Shown: positions 21,901 through 30,172 of the stretch, piece by piece
How positions within the stretch are numbered: the stretch's first letter is position 1
Layout of the letters: every line of letters begins with the position of its first letter
Source: a bacterium
GTDB lineage: Bacteria > Zhuqueibacterota > Zhuqueibacteria > Residuimicrobiales > Krinioviventaceae
Assembly: GCA_963674595.2 (NCBI GenBank)
Contig: CAXXFV010000016.1
Coordinates: forward strand, 160,001-224,000
Length of the DNA stretch: 64,000 nucleotides
Direction: 5' to 3'
The notes under the pieces: model-generated
What the model was told of the DNA's origin: nothing
The model's input: only the letters and a program-made list of their open reading frames with translations
Databases searched by the model: none
Position numbers and translations under genes: made by a program

Positions 21901-24320
21901 AAATTTCCGCCAGGGATGTGGCGAGTCAGCAGATTTTCACACAAAAAGCAACTATTCAATTTATAGAAACTCTGGCCAGTGCTGTGCAAATAATGGGCAG
22001 CCAAAACAGACTGGTTAATTTAAATTCATCTACCGGTGACCCCATATCTGTTCAGGTTGTCAATTCCGAAAACGCACCGGTTGCCAACTATCCCGTTTTT
22101 TTTACGGCACAAAGTGACAGTGTGTCAATTCCCGGAACCATGCCCTTATTTACGGATGAACAGGGCGTGGCACATACAGATATATTCGGCGGTGAAAAAA
22201 TTGGCAAAGCTTTGGTAAATGCAACTGCACCCGGTTTGCAAAACTCGCCCCTGACTTTTAGCGTTACAATTCAACAGCCTGAAAACGTTTCAATTTCAAC
22301 CGTTGGTGATGGTGTTTTTACCGGAGCGGTAAATACACTCCTGGATAGTTTGGAAATTAAAACACATGATCAGGATGGACGTGCTGTCGGACAAATTTCT
22401 GTTACTTTTCAGAATTTAAATACATTGTCGCTTGCTTTGGATTCTACAGGTGTTGTAACCAATGCCTATGGTAAAGCGAAAACCAGCGCCAGGTTAAAGG
22501 AAATTGCGGGCCAGGCACAAGTCACTGCTAAAATTAATGGAACATCCGAACAAACTCTTATCCTTGTAACTGTTTTACCTGATGCCCCTGAAGAGATACT
22601 AAAAATTTCAGGCGACCAACAAACCGGGTCCGTGGGTGATACAATGGATATACCTCTTAAAATTAAAGTTGTTGATCAGTTTGGAAACAGTGTTTCTCAA
22701 ATTCCTGTCTCTTTTAGTGTTTTACAGGGAGACGGAGAAATAATAGGCGATGTTGATCAGGTAACCGAAGAATCAGGAACTGCATTTGTTCAATATAAAT
22801 GCGGCAATACTCCGGGAACACATCAAATCAAGGTAGAATCCACTGCATTTGAGCATGATGAAACCATCTTTACAGTAAACGTTGTATCTGCCAATGCAAG
22901 CAAGATGGCAAAGCACGACGGTGATGAACAGGTAGGTGTTGTCAACCATCTTTTGAATCAACAGTTGCAGGTTCTTATAACGGATGACTTTGATAATCCT
23001 GTGGCTGATTATGAAGTTAGTTTTAATGCATCGCAAGGAACTTTGACGCCGGGTTCTCAGGTTTTAACGGATGAGAATGGTATCGCCGCTGTTCAATGGA
23101 AATTGGGTGAAGAAACAGGCCAACAGTATGTTTATGTTGTTAACTATGCTTTGCAACCTGCCTATTTGACTTTTTCCGCGACTGCTATTGAAAATCAGGC
23201 TCCAAGAATTTCCGCACCGGATAGTGTTTCAGTAAATGAAAAAGAGTTGTTACAGTTTGTTGTGACGGCAACCGATCCGGAAAACGATACTGTTACCGTT
23301 CGTGCTGTTGATCTTCCGCAAGGTGTTTCCTTTGATTCATTGGAAACCGGGACTGTTACCTGGACGCCCGATTATGATCAGGCTGGTGTTTATTATTTCA
23401 GGTTTATCGCTACAGACCAAACCGGTGCTTTTGTATCAAAAAACGTCAAAGTCAATGTTGCCAATGTCAACCGCAAACCCGTAATTATTGAAGATGAAAC
23501 AATTCCGGAGGATCGGAATTTGCCGGCACTGCAAATACCGGAAACCAAAAGATTTTATGTTGCGGCAAATGATGACGATGGTGATCCTTTACAATATATA
23601 TGGAACGTAAACGGAACCTTGTCCGGCACAGGTCCTGAATTTATTTTACAGTCTCAGCTAATGCAAACCGGAAATACCCTTGTTACAGCCGTTGTCTTTG
23701 ATCAACAAGATTCCGTAAAAACCACATGGCAGTTTGATATTGTTACATCGGTTGAACTTTCATATTTTAGCGGTAATCATCAACCCTTTCAGGGAATACA
23801 GCTTAAATGGGAAACACGTTCGGAACGAAACAATTCCGGTTTTTATATTCTCCGGTCTGTAAATGCGGATGGTGATTTTGAAAGCATTAGTCCGTTAATC
23901 AGCTCAAACAGCTCCGGTAAATATAAATTTGTTGATCAGCAGGTTGAAAACGGTGTTTGTTATTACTATTGTCTGCAAGATGTGCAATTAAATGGAAAAA
24001 AGAATACGCATGAAACTGTTATGATTGACCCGGCTGTTCCCCATGATTTTGCTTTGTTTCAAAATTACCCGAATCCATTCAATCCATCAACAACAATTCG
24101 ATTTCAGGTACCAAAAACTGTTCGTGTGTCATTACAAATTTATAATATTTTAGGTCAGCATGTAAAAACTCTTTCTGATAGAATATATAAAGCCGGATAT
24201 TTTAGTTTGGAATGGGACGGAACGAATAATTTCGAACAAAAAGTCGTTTCAGGCGTATATTATTTAAAAATGGATGCAGACACTTTTCAGGGAACTCAAA
24301 AGTTACTGTTATTAAAATAA
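15912..24320 (+). CDS. Giant secreted modular protein: SGNH hydrolase, FG-GAP repeats, ASPIC/UnbV, CBM-like insert, about 13 Big-1/invasin Ig repeats, cadherin-like domains, T9SS/FlgD-type C-terminal domain
   Basis: GDSIT, GTND and DALHP SGNH motifs; DxDxDGDxDL repeats; GYLSQSSPVQHFGL; repeated SGDxQxG...P.V.V.D..NPV...TD..G.A...LG; QNYPNPFNPSTTI...WDG...SGVY. Likely TTG start at 15912 (GGAG 6 nt upstream); ORF-track start is GTG 15900. Confidence 0.9.
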   Translation: MKKLYLVPFLTLCLFTFQLKAAEKSEKKYSVHAYGYSSELVSPAPRADRGIHYENVSFEQNMLKKRSQTDENSNEIVYSFSKGRTLLGRVEVVLSPLVADSDSLKLALVFYNASTDQEKSLDLSSFNDNGYINTEFEGVYASEVTVVVSGVPDDQSNPIQDMNLYEIVLSDRYRIMLLGDSITAGALATDYKGYRHMLYDRLRANNVEVDFVGDFGEAPYEGHFEGGRKIYDFYPQSIGGRARADATWAMNTFRPQMVVIHLGTNDLGDGVNNIIPYDNEEGFSTSVSGRMATLVDYLLDWTTDDGGLEKIVVNLITPIKVSRDSAMNLYTMEVARLVRDFKTGAITGKPEPVYISDVYSHLRGHPDLWSDAWNKLLGDALHPTTRGHQFLTDALYPIVEELVTGQKRKFSNATWDLGIGGLDHLFDFKGVAVADVTDHYGDDIYISRVTGNSDFSEDLFFESKANIPFKENADDYNIEDKKFSQSAIFVDVDNDGDFDLLNGHSPGQNYLYKQSADHTFTNVTSQANIQNYNRYSKALLAFDCENDGDMDLLVINSREQNEFYINQGDGTFELENRGILETNESSITTESASAADFDMDGDVDVYIAKREVANKLFVNDGNGNFTEKASLAGVNLVHKSNGVVWADLDNDADLDLLVSVNDFGSDSNPKLHVYKNQGDGTFQDVTSSVNIPMNAFSPIVADFDNDSDLDIVTTDEVDYGSYYENLGNWQFQKVENTGAEIFGGDVRGASVLDFNQDGNLDFVAARSDVFNIAIENNNDNGNNYIKVSAYGPDGNIGGFGTKIWIFEPGSLGDFQHLLGFREIMSTTGYLSQSSPVQHFGLAGFSQVDILAGFTDGTFLAKRHVNANQTITIEPEVPVLPNLIPDNISLLSGNNISGTVTQQSSEPIVVSVQDADNQPVPGMNVEFEIVSGDAQIITPLNSSQNIWVECESAELSGNMRWVYDAGCSGGGFVMLPKFLGGTGAVQSSVSLSSAGNYSAWMRIKNVSDGSFIKIQIDNQSEKTIDLSSNGDWQWLNASVSGQRLFWNLQSGIHSVKITTNSVNLQIDKLLITSDDAYVPDGLGTEAGILPHLSDRDGLSKRYIQFGQQAGPVVIEAVLEYNGASVNGSPVQFDARSLADKASTIVKQSGDMQIGIIGEPLTDPLVVAAVDGFQNPVFNKRINFSVVSGGGTLNPDGFVFTDSTGLAQTYYTPGDMNSAQVIKAEADSVTGSPLTFNVMVQGIASKLTYVSGDSQETKVMTVLPAPVRVKIVTDENEPVVNYPVQFNVTDPGAGLLEQSPAQNKKIAGISIDNVQSENDTNLVVPTNSQGIAEIYWQLGQYSGEQHINIVADLLNGSPMSLKAVALASDPALLMPISGNQQQAVINTELENPFKVRLLDEYGNSVPDYDIKFESKQGGGLLSGENSITLPSDENGEAFAVLTLGTLAGKNAYLVEASAVLDQTAVPGSPVQFYATGLPGQAKYAAILNGNAQSDTVNQTLPIPLQVKITDEYENVVPGFDVVFRINQGDGRFGSVQEKTVATGENGVAQVLWTLGVKVGTNNAYALCDGLIPNSLFFTAKGKTGIPFKQIYIDGNDQSGLQDIQLSIPFQVQVTDSFENPVKNHQVLYTLKEGGGNFNGESDIYALTDSIGVARASLTLGSTIGDSNHVVWAQSSFNEKELENSPIVFYASVIHGIPHRLIPVSVVSGLSGAVNSELPDPIVVKVVGQENQPIPVFPVVFQVTGGGGHFAENDQASLTVLTDYDGLASARWVLGNESLQNISVNAVYQQQNLIGSPLQINAVAIVTQAKSIVASSEINLTGKAGQPLSAPLAVRTDDEFGFPVSGHPVTFRIEQGSSYFTESSGSVLNVNSDNQGLAQAALTLGGEVGENTQIVHAKAYDQTNQLLTGAPIIFSITVEPGLPDVENTQVSAFSPVPAREDVFSTVTITVIDSFGNKIPDQQIELLAEGLPVVFDPQNGTTDQNGIFTSNVTSTQSGEVQISARDVASQQIFTQKATIQFIETLASAVQIMGSQNRLVNLNSSTGDPISVQVVNSENAPVANYPVFFTAQSDSVSIPGTMPLFTDEQGVAHTDIFGGEKIGKALVNATAPGLQNSPLTFSVTIQQPENVSISTVGDGVFTGAVNTLLDSLEIKTHDQDGRAVGQISVTFQNLNTLSLALDSTGVVTNAYGKAKTSARLKEIAGQAQVTAKINGTSEQTLILVTVLPDAPEEILKISGDQQTGSVGDTMDIPLKIKVVDQFGNSVSQIPVSFSVLQGDGEIIGDVDQVTEESGTAFVQYKCGNTPGTHQIKVESTAFEHDETIFTVNVVSANASKMAKHDGDEQVGVVNHLLNQQLQVLITDDFDNPVADYEVSFNASQGTLTPGSQVLTDENGIAAVQWKLGEETGQQYVYVVNYALQPAYLTFSATAIENQAPRISAPDSVSVNEKELLQFVVTATDPENDTVTVRAVDLPQGVSFDSLETGTVTWTPDYDQAGVYYFRFIATDQTGAFVSKNVKVNVANVNRKPVIIEDETIPEDRNLPALQIPETKRFYVAANDDDGDPLQYIWNVNGTLSGTGPEFILQSQLMQTGNTLVTAVVFDQQDSVKTTWQFDIVTSVELSYFSGNHQPFQGIQLKWETRSERNNSGFYILRSVNADGDFESISPLISSNSSGKYKFVDQQVENGVCYYYCLQDVQLNGKKNTHETVMIDPAVPHDFALFQNYPNPFNPSTTIRFQVPKTVRVSLQIYNILGQHVKTLSDRIYKAGYFSLEWDGTNNFEQKVVSGVYYLKMDADTFQGTQKLLLLK

Positions 24321-24341
24321 GGAAATGAAAATGGAGGCAGA

Positions 24342-25478
24342 ATGAACAAAGCGATTCGTTTTTGGGTATGGTGTGTTTTAATCCTGTTAATTCCGGTATT
24401 GTCTTTTGCCGGATACCCGGTACGTGAACAAGTTGTATTTCCCGATATTATGGGCTACAAGTTGTTAAAATGTGATTTTCATGCACACACAATTTTTTCA
24501 GATGGTCAAGTCTGGCCGACTGTTCGCATTGAAGAGGCGTGGCAAAACGGCCTGGATGTTTTTACTTTTACGGAACATGTCGAGTATCAACGTTTTAAAG
24601 ATTATATTAAAAATGATTTGAATGCGTCCTACAATCTTTCAAAATCTACGGCTGATCAGGCAGGGCTAATACTTATCCGAGGGGCTGAAATTACAAGAGA
24701 TATGCCGCCGGGACACATAAATGCCATATTTTTAAAAGATGCTGAATTGCTTCGAAAAGATGAATGGCGTGATGCTATCAAAGAAGCTCATGAACAGGGT
24801 GCATTTATTTTTTGGAACCATCCGAGCTGGACGGGCCAGCAACCAGACGGTATTGCCAAATGGTACCCGGAGCATACAGAACTTTATGAAAACGGTTATA
24901 TGAATGGGATCGAAGTTTTTAATTCGTTAACCTATTCTCCCAATGCTCATAAATGGGCTTTGGAAAAAAATCTGACAATGTTGGGAAATTCTGATATTCA
25001 TCCTCCAATCAGTCTTCGTTTTGATCCCAAACTCGGTGAGCACAGACCCATGACACTGGTTATGGTCAAAGATAAATCCGTTGAAGGAATAAAAGAAGCT
25101 TTATTTGCCGGACGAACGATCGTTTATTTTGAAGATACATTGGTCGGTAAAGAAGAATACCTTAAAGCAATGTTTGAAAATTCCATTGATATACTGCAAA
25201 CAGAGTTTCAAGCAAAAAACAAAAAGCGTATCTATGTCCCAATAAGAAATAACTCATCTGTTGATATTAAACTGGTATTGCGTGAACAATGCGAAAAAGG
25301 TGATGCTCCTAAAAAAATTACCTTATACGCTGGTAAAACCGGTATCATGCCGGTTAAAGTTATAACTCAGGATAAAGGCAAACAGACAATTCAATTGCCA
25401 TACATTGTCGAAAATTATAAAGTTTTACCGGACCAGGGTTTACCGGTTGATTTAACAGTTGATGTGACAGTTGAATAA
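24342..25478 (+). CDS. Secreted PHP-domain phosphoesterase (Sb-PDE-like) with C-terminal Ig-like domain
   Basis: Signal peptide; CDFHAHTIFSDG, TEH, EITR..PPGH, WNHP, GIEV and NSDIH motifs. Confidence 0.85.
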   Translation: MNKAIRFWVWCVLILLIPVLSFAGYPVREQVVFPDIMGYKLLKCDFHAHTIFSDGQVWPTVRIEEAWQNGLDVFTFTEHVEYQRFKDYIKNDLNASYNLSKSTADQAGLILIRGAEITRDMPPGHINAIFLKDAELLRKDEWRDAIKEAHEQGAFIFWNHPSWTGQQPDGIAKWYPEHTELYENGYMNGIEVFNSLTYSPNAHKWALEKNLTMLGNSDIHPPISLRFDPKLGEHRPMTLVMVKDKSVEGIKEALFAGRTIVYFEDTLVGKEEYLKAMFENSIDILQTEFQAKNKKRIYVPIRNNSSVDIKLVLREQCEKGDAPKKITLYAGKTGIMPVKVITQDKGKQTIQLPYIVENYKVLPDQGLPVDLTVDVTVE

Positions 25479-25512
25479 TTACGTTCATTACTTAGCAATT
25501 TTGGAGATTGTA

Positions 25513-26019
25513 ATGCAGCATGTGCAGTTTATAAAAGATGAGCACGTTGATGAGGAAATGAACAAAAACTTGATTTCTATTTTGTCTACATGTTTTCCGC
25601 ATGAGCCAACCTTCCGGACACAGAGATTTTTTAAAGAAATGCCCCGGTACCGGTGGATAGTTAATGATGGTTCAAAAATCGTTGCACATGCTGCTATGCA
25701 TGACAAGATTGTTAAAACAGATATTCGAGATATTAGAATATGCGGCGTCGCCGAAGTTTGTGTCCATCCCGAATACCGTGGCCAGGGGCTGGTTCGAAAA
25801 TTACTGGTAAAAATGCATGATTTTGCAAAGGAGCAGGGTATTGAATATTCGGTTTTATTCGGTGATGCCAAAGTATATGCGTCAAGCGGGTATGCCAAGG
25901 TGGATAATATCTATAGCATTTTGGCGCCTGAAACATCAGAACCGTCAGCTATGGTTTGCCTGTTGAGCACATCTCCATGGCCGACGGCTAAAGTTCTTGT
26001 GCAGGGACCGTTGTTTTAA
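25513..26019 (+). CDS. GNAT family N-acetyltransferase
   Basis: VAEVCVHPEYRGQGL acetyl-CoA motif; ATG 25513 with GGAG RBS. Confidence 0.88.
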   Translation: MQHVQFIKDEHVDEEMNKNLISILSTCFPHEPTFRTQRFFKEMPRYRWIVNDGSKIVAHAAMHDKIVKTDIRDIRICGVAEVCVHPEYRGQGLVRKLLVKMHDFAKEQGIEYSVLFGDAKVYASSGYAKVDNIYSILAPETSEPSAMVCLLSTSPWPTAKVLVQGPLF

Positions 26020-26076
26020 TCAGGTTTTCTAATGTCATAGTTACTGAAATGCTTGGGTGATAATAAAAAGATTAAA

Positions 26077-26886
26077 ATGAAATCGCATATATTAAAAAAA
26101 ATACTAGTATTTTTTAGTTTTTTTGCCCTTATGCAGATAAATTGCCAGGATATATGTTCGAATAAAATTGTCAATACACTATTCTCCTCAAATAAGGAAT
26201 ATAAAGCGGTTGTCTTTAGAAGAGATTTTGGAGCGACGACTGGGTTCAGTACTGAAATTTCTATTATAAAATCCGATCAAAAACTTGAAAATAATGGGGG
26301 TAATATATTCATTGCCGATACAGACAGTGGTAACGCTCCATCTGCTTATTGGGGAGGCCCCGATGTCCTTGTTAAATGGCAGAATAATGATCTTTTAATC
26401 AAATATGATTCAAGAGCATACGTCTATCTCGATAAAGCTGTTTACAAAGATATTAAAATAAAATATGATATAATTAAATTTGACAAACAATATGATGATT
26501 TTTTAAGCACTCTTTTATCAGATAAGAATATTACCGATTTAAACAGTAATAAAATAAATGAAATTCTTTCGAGTATTAAAAATATGATGGTAACACATCG
26601 TTATATCATTCTTGAAAATGGATCTGGGAATATCTATAAATTTGCAGAAAATATTCTTAAATCAGACTTGCCGGATACGCTAAAATTAGACTATTATTTA
26701 AATATTCAACCACTATATCCAAACAATGCTGAGATGGGGAGTGTTTTAGGATATGATATAATAAAACAATATTTAAAATACAAAACTGAGCCGATTAATG
26801 AAATGTTGGCTTCAATTAAAAATGAAAGTAGAAAAAGAAGAATTAAATCAGCGTTATTAGATGCAGACTTGATAATCGAAGAATGA
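26077..26886 (+). CDS. Exported hypothetical protein with DUF5412-like N-terminal domain
   Basis: Signal peptide; KAVVFRRDFGATTGFST..SI, GNIF.AD and V.V.W pattern; visibly more AT-rich than neighbours; ORF-track start 26053. Confidence 0.6.
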   Translation: MKSHILKKILVFFSFFALMQINCQDICSNKIVNTLFSSNKEYKAVVFRRDFGATTGFSTEISIIKSDQKLENNGGNIFIADTDSGNAPSAYWGGPDVLVKWQNNDLLIKYDSRAYVYLDKAVYKDIKIKYDIIKFDKQYDDFLSTLLSDKNITDLNSNKINEILSSIKNMMVTHRYIILENGSGNIYKFAENILKSDLPDTLKLDYYLNIQPLYPNNAEMGSVLGYDIIKQYLKYKTEPINEMLASIKNESRKRRIKSALLDADLIIEE

Positions 26887-27065
26887 CACTAAAAAATTTA
26901 TGATCATTTCGGCTTTTAGTGTGCCATGAGAGAGTATTTACCCCATGATATTGTTGCTTTTACGGTCAACAAGCAAATGTATAAACAGCTATGTGAATTA
27001 GATGAAACGAGTTTTCTTTATAAACATTTTTGGAAAAGACTACAAAAGGCCAGAAAAGTTTAAAT

Positions 27066-27097
27066 AAAAAAAGGACCATTAGATGGTCCCTTTTTTT
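27066..27097. terminator. Bidirectional intrinsic terminator
   Basis: A7-GGACCAT-tag-ATGGTCC-c-T7 between convergent genes. Confidence 0.8.
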
Positions 27098-27113
27098 ATA
27101 AAATCTTTTAGAA

Positions 27114-28199
27114 TTAATGATGGAATAACCGGATTCCCGTATTAACGAAAGTAATACCATATTGATTGCATAATTCTATAATATCATTATCCCGAATAGA
27201 GCCCATGGGAGAAGCTATATATTTTATACCGAATTTGTGGGCAAATTCGATATTGTCTTTATGCGGAAAAAATCCATCAGAGCATAAACACAGATCGTCA
27301 CATTGCGCCAGGCTGTTTTGTCCCTGGAATAGTTTTGCTCTTTCCTGTTCCAAAATCTGGTCTTTTTCAGTTTTTGATGTTTTTTCGGGGAAGGTAATAT
27401 TTTCAAAAGTTAATAAAGTTTTTTGATACCATTTTTGTGCTTTGGTGATTGCCAGTTCCGTACACAAAATTCTGGATTGCTGACCCGAGCCTATGCCGAT
27501 AACCTGTCCGTCTTTAACAACACAAATGGAATTGGATTGTGTGTATTTTAATGTAATCATGCCGATAACAAGGCTCTGTTTAATTTTATCCGGAATCTGT
27601 TTGTTGGATGTTACGATGTTTGTTAAACAAGAATCGTCCAGTTTAATTGTGTTTCTTTTTTGTCTGATTTTTATTCCAAAAACAGTTCTTTCTTCAATTT
27701 CTTCGGGAACATAATCTTTATTAATTTTTAAAATAACATAATTGCCCTTTTTCTTTGATTTCAAAATATCCAGTGCTTCATCGTCATAGTCCGGGGCTAT
27801 AATGCCGTCAGAAACTTCTGATTTGATAAGCGTTGCGGTTTCCGTATCAACCGTTCGGCTTAATGCTATGAAATCTCCAAAAGAGGCCAGACGGTCAGCG
27901 CCGCGGGCTTTTAAATAAGCGCTTGTCAAGCCCGAAGATATTTCTTTGGTATATAGATATGATTTTTTTTCGTTTGGTAAAAAATCGCAGCCAACGGCCG
28001 CACCGGACGGCGTTACGTGTTTAAATGATGTTGCGGCTATAATGTTTGCATATTCATCCAACTCTTTAACCAGTTGCCAGGCGTTTAATCCATCGAGAAT
28101 GTTGATGATACTTGGGTTGCCATTTAAAATTTTCAGATTGTCATTGTCAATAAATTCAGCAAAATCCTGGTTGGGGTTCATACCATATTTTAACTTCAT
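27114..28199 (-). CDS. purH: Stand-alone AICAR transformylase (PurH C-terminal domain only)
   Basis: Starts at LKYGMNPNQ; SFKHVTPSG, ADRLASFGDF, KYTQSNS, GQQSR and SDGFFP; no N-terminal IMP cyclohydrolase domain. Confidence 0.88.
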   Translation of the reverse strand: MKLKYGMNPNQDFAEFIDNDNLKILNGNPSIINILDGLNAWQLVKELDEYANIIAATSFKHVTPSGAAVGCDFLPNEKKSYLYTKEISSGLTSAYLKARGADRLASFGDFIALSRTVDTETATLIKSEVSDGIIAPDYDDEALDILKSKKKGNYVILKINKDYVPEEIEERTVFGIKIRQKRNTIKLDDSCLTNIVTSNKQIPDKIKQSLVIGMITLKYTQSNSICVVKDGQVIGIGSGQQSRILCTELAITKAQKWYQKTLLTFENITFPEKTSKTEKDQILEQERAKLFQGQNSLAQCDDLCLCSDGFFPHKDNIEFAHKFGIKYIASPMGSIRDNDIIELCNQYGITFVNTGIRLFHH

Positions 28200-28237
28200 T
28201 ATATATCTCCATGTAATTTTATATTAAATTTTTCATT

Positions 28238-28747
28238 TTACCAGTTGATAATATTTTTCAAAAAAACACGTTCACCGTTTAATTGTTTGCCGGTAATTTG
28301 TTGAAACGCCAGGTTTAATTTAATTAAATTTTTCGATATTAAAAGTTCATCAAGCATGTGCTCATAACTTGCTGATTCAAAATCTGTGTTTAAAAAATTA
28401 AGGTCGCATGACCTTTTTATTGTTTTCTCTTCAGAGTCATAAAGAATAAGGCCATGGGTCCTGCAAATAATGGGTCTGACAGGGTATATTTGACAGGATT
28501 TTTGGTGCAGGAAAACACAATATCCCGGATCGTTATTTTTTATTTCCAGTTCGTTTTGAGTAAGGTATTCTTCAATAATAAATGCTTCCAAAGGCACAAC
28601 TGTTTCAAGCCGGCAGCATTCGGCACAGCCTTTAGAACATTTCATGTCATTATTATATGTACGATAAACACGTTGGAACAAAGCATCACAATAGGCTGTT
28701 AGCTGATTATAATTGCTAACCAAAGTTTTAAGTTGATTTGTATTCAT
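28238..28747 (-). CDS. YkgJ family cysteine cluster protein
   Basis: CSKGCAECC...CVFL...CQIYPVRPIICRTHG. Confidence 0.88.
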   Translation of the reverse strand: MNTNQLKTLVSNYNQLTAYCDALFQRVYRTYNNDMKCSKGCAECCRLETVVPLEAFIIEEYLTQNELEIKNNDPGYCVFLHQKSCQIYPVRPIICRTHGLILYDSEEKTIKRSCDLNFLNTDFESASYEHMLDELLISKNLIKLNLAFQQITGKQLNGERVFLKNIINW

Positions 28748-28874
28748 TTGTTCTCCATATTAAGAAATATAAATAAATTTGATATGTAATCAAAACGATT
28801 TTACTGTTTTTGCTGATTGCAGTGTTGTGACTTTTGGTAAAAAGTTAATTCCGATATTCTAAGGAGAATATAAT

Positions 28875-29141
28875 ATGATTAAAGTTGAAAAGCCTGCTCA
28901 ACAGACATTGGATGAATTGGGCGTTGAAAACTGGCCTGTTTGGGAAAAAGAAATTTCTGAATTTCCATGGTACTATGATGAAAAAGAGGTCTGTTATATA
29001 TTGGAAGGACATGTTTATGTAACGCCCAAAGGGGGAGAAGCGGTTGAAATTCAGGCAGGTGATTTGGTAGAGTTCCCTCAGGGAATGCACTGTACCTGGA
29101 AAATTGTCAAAAACATTCGCAAACATTATCAATTCGGTTAG
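28875..29141 (+). CDS. Cupin domain protein (DUF861/EutQ-like)
   Basis: LGVENWPVWEKE.SEFPW.Y...E.CYILEG, GDLVEFPQG..C.W and KHY; AAGGAG RBS. Confidence 0.9.
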   Translation: MIKVEKPAQQTLDELGVENWPVWEKEISEFPWYYDEKEVCYILEGHVYVTPKGGEAVEIQAGDLVEFPQGMHCTWKIVKNIRKHYQFG

Positions 29142-29144
29142 TTT

Positions 29145-29951
29145 ATGGATATAATGAATGAATTAACTCCCAAACGGTTTAATGATATAGATGATATGCT
29201 GGCGTTTGTGAGTATTTATGATGATGAAAATCGGTTGAAAAGTTATAAAAAGTTACTTGGAGACAACCGGTCTGAAATTAAAGGCAAGGTATGCGTGGAA
29301 GCCGGATGTGGATTCGGAATCCTTTCAGAATACATGGCAAATTTAGGAGCGGAAAAAGTCTATGCTGTTGAGGCAAATCCTTTGCTTTATGAGCTTGCTT
29401 TGGAACGTTTGCAAAAATATCCAAATGTAACCGTTGTTCACTCGGATATCCGTGATTTTCAACCCGACCAACCCATAGATGTTTTATTGCAGGAACTTTA
29501 TGGGCAGTTGTTATATGATGAAGATATATATGTCCTTGATGAGTTGAAATTTGCCCCGAAACAGGTCTTTCCAAACCAGGCTGTATTAATGGGAGGATTG
29601 GCTGACTCTGCGGATTTTGTGGATGAATGTGTTACTCTTTCTGTTTTGGAAAAATTAGAAGATTGTTTGGTTTCAGGTTTATTTGATGATGAGGATGTAA
29701 AACTTTTATTCCCTGTCATTAATTGGAAATATAAAATTTCAAACTTTGAATGTCAGTGCGATCTTGCCGGTAAAAAAGGTGATTTATTATATTTCGGATT
29801 ACAAATATACCACAATGATCAATTTATCTGTCAGGCCGGTGAATGTCATAACTGGTCACTTGTCTGGACCCCAAGAGCAGGTGATAAATTTTCATTACGT
29901 TTTCATCCCCAAAAGCGCGGCACAGATGTTTTATTTGAATGGCTCAGGTAA
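29145..29951 (+). CDS. Class I SAM-dependent methyltransferase with protein arginine methyltransferase (PRMT)-like motifs
   Basis: DDENRLKSY, VEAGCGFGILS, VYAVEAN, IDVLLQELYGQLLYDE (E-x8-E) and CHNW. Confidence 0.8.
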   Translation: MDIMNELTPKRFNDIDDMLAFVSIYDDENRLKSYKKLLGDNRSEIKGKVCVEAGCGFGILSEYMANLGAEKVYAVEANPLLYELALERLQKYPNVTVVHSDIRDFQPDQPIDVLLQELYGQLLYDEDIYVLDELKFAPKQVFPNQAVLMGGLADSADFVDECVTLSVLEKLEDCLVSGLFDDEDVKLLFPVINWKYKISNFECQCDLAGKKGDLLYFGLQIYHNDQFICQAGECHNWSLVWTPRAGDKFSLRFHPQKRGTDVLFEWLR

Positions 29952-30172
29952 ACATGTTTTTATTAAAACTCATATTATTGTGTTTATTTGGAAAAAGATA
30001 GAATTTTATCAACCATGTCTTGATATTTAAATATTTATCCAATATATTTAAAAAGCTGCTCTGATTTTGGTTTTTCATGGCAAAAAGATCGAATTTTCAT
30101 TTTGACACAATTGTTAAAATGAAACCGGATACCATTGTTGGCAAGTTTATATTGTGCGAATCGAGCTTTTAG

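Noticed and set aside
19320-23200. Repeats in the giant gene as DNA tandem repeats or a CRISPR-like array
   Set aside because: Repetition is at the protein-domain level and highly diverged in DNA; no identical spaced repeats.
26886-26922. Inverted repeat after the AT-rich gene as an integron attC site
   Set aside because: Lacks RYYYAAC/GTTRRRY ends; no integrase or second cassette.
28200-28237. ZMP/ZTP riboswitch upstream of purH
   Set aside because: The gap is only 38 nt and AT-rich, with no room for the aptamer; none recognised upstream of the YkgJ gene either.
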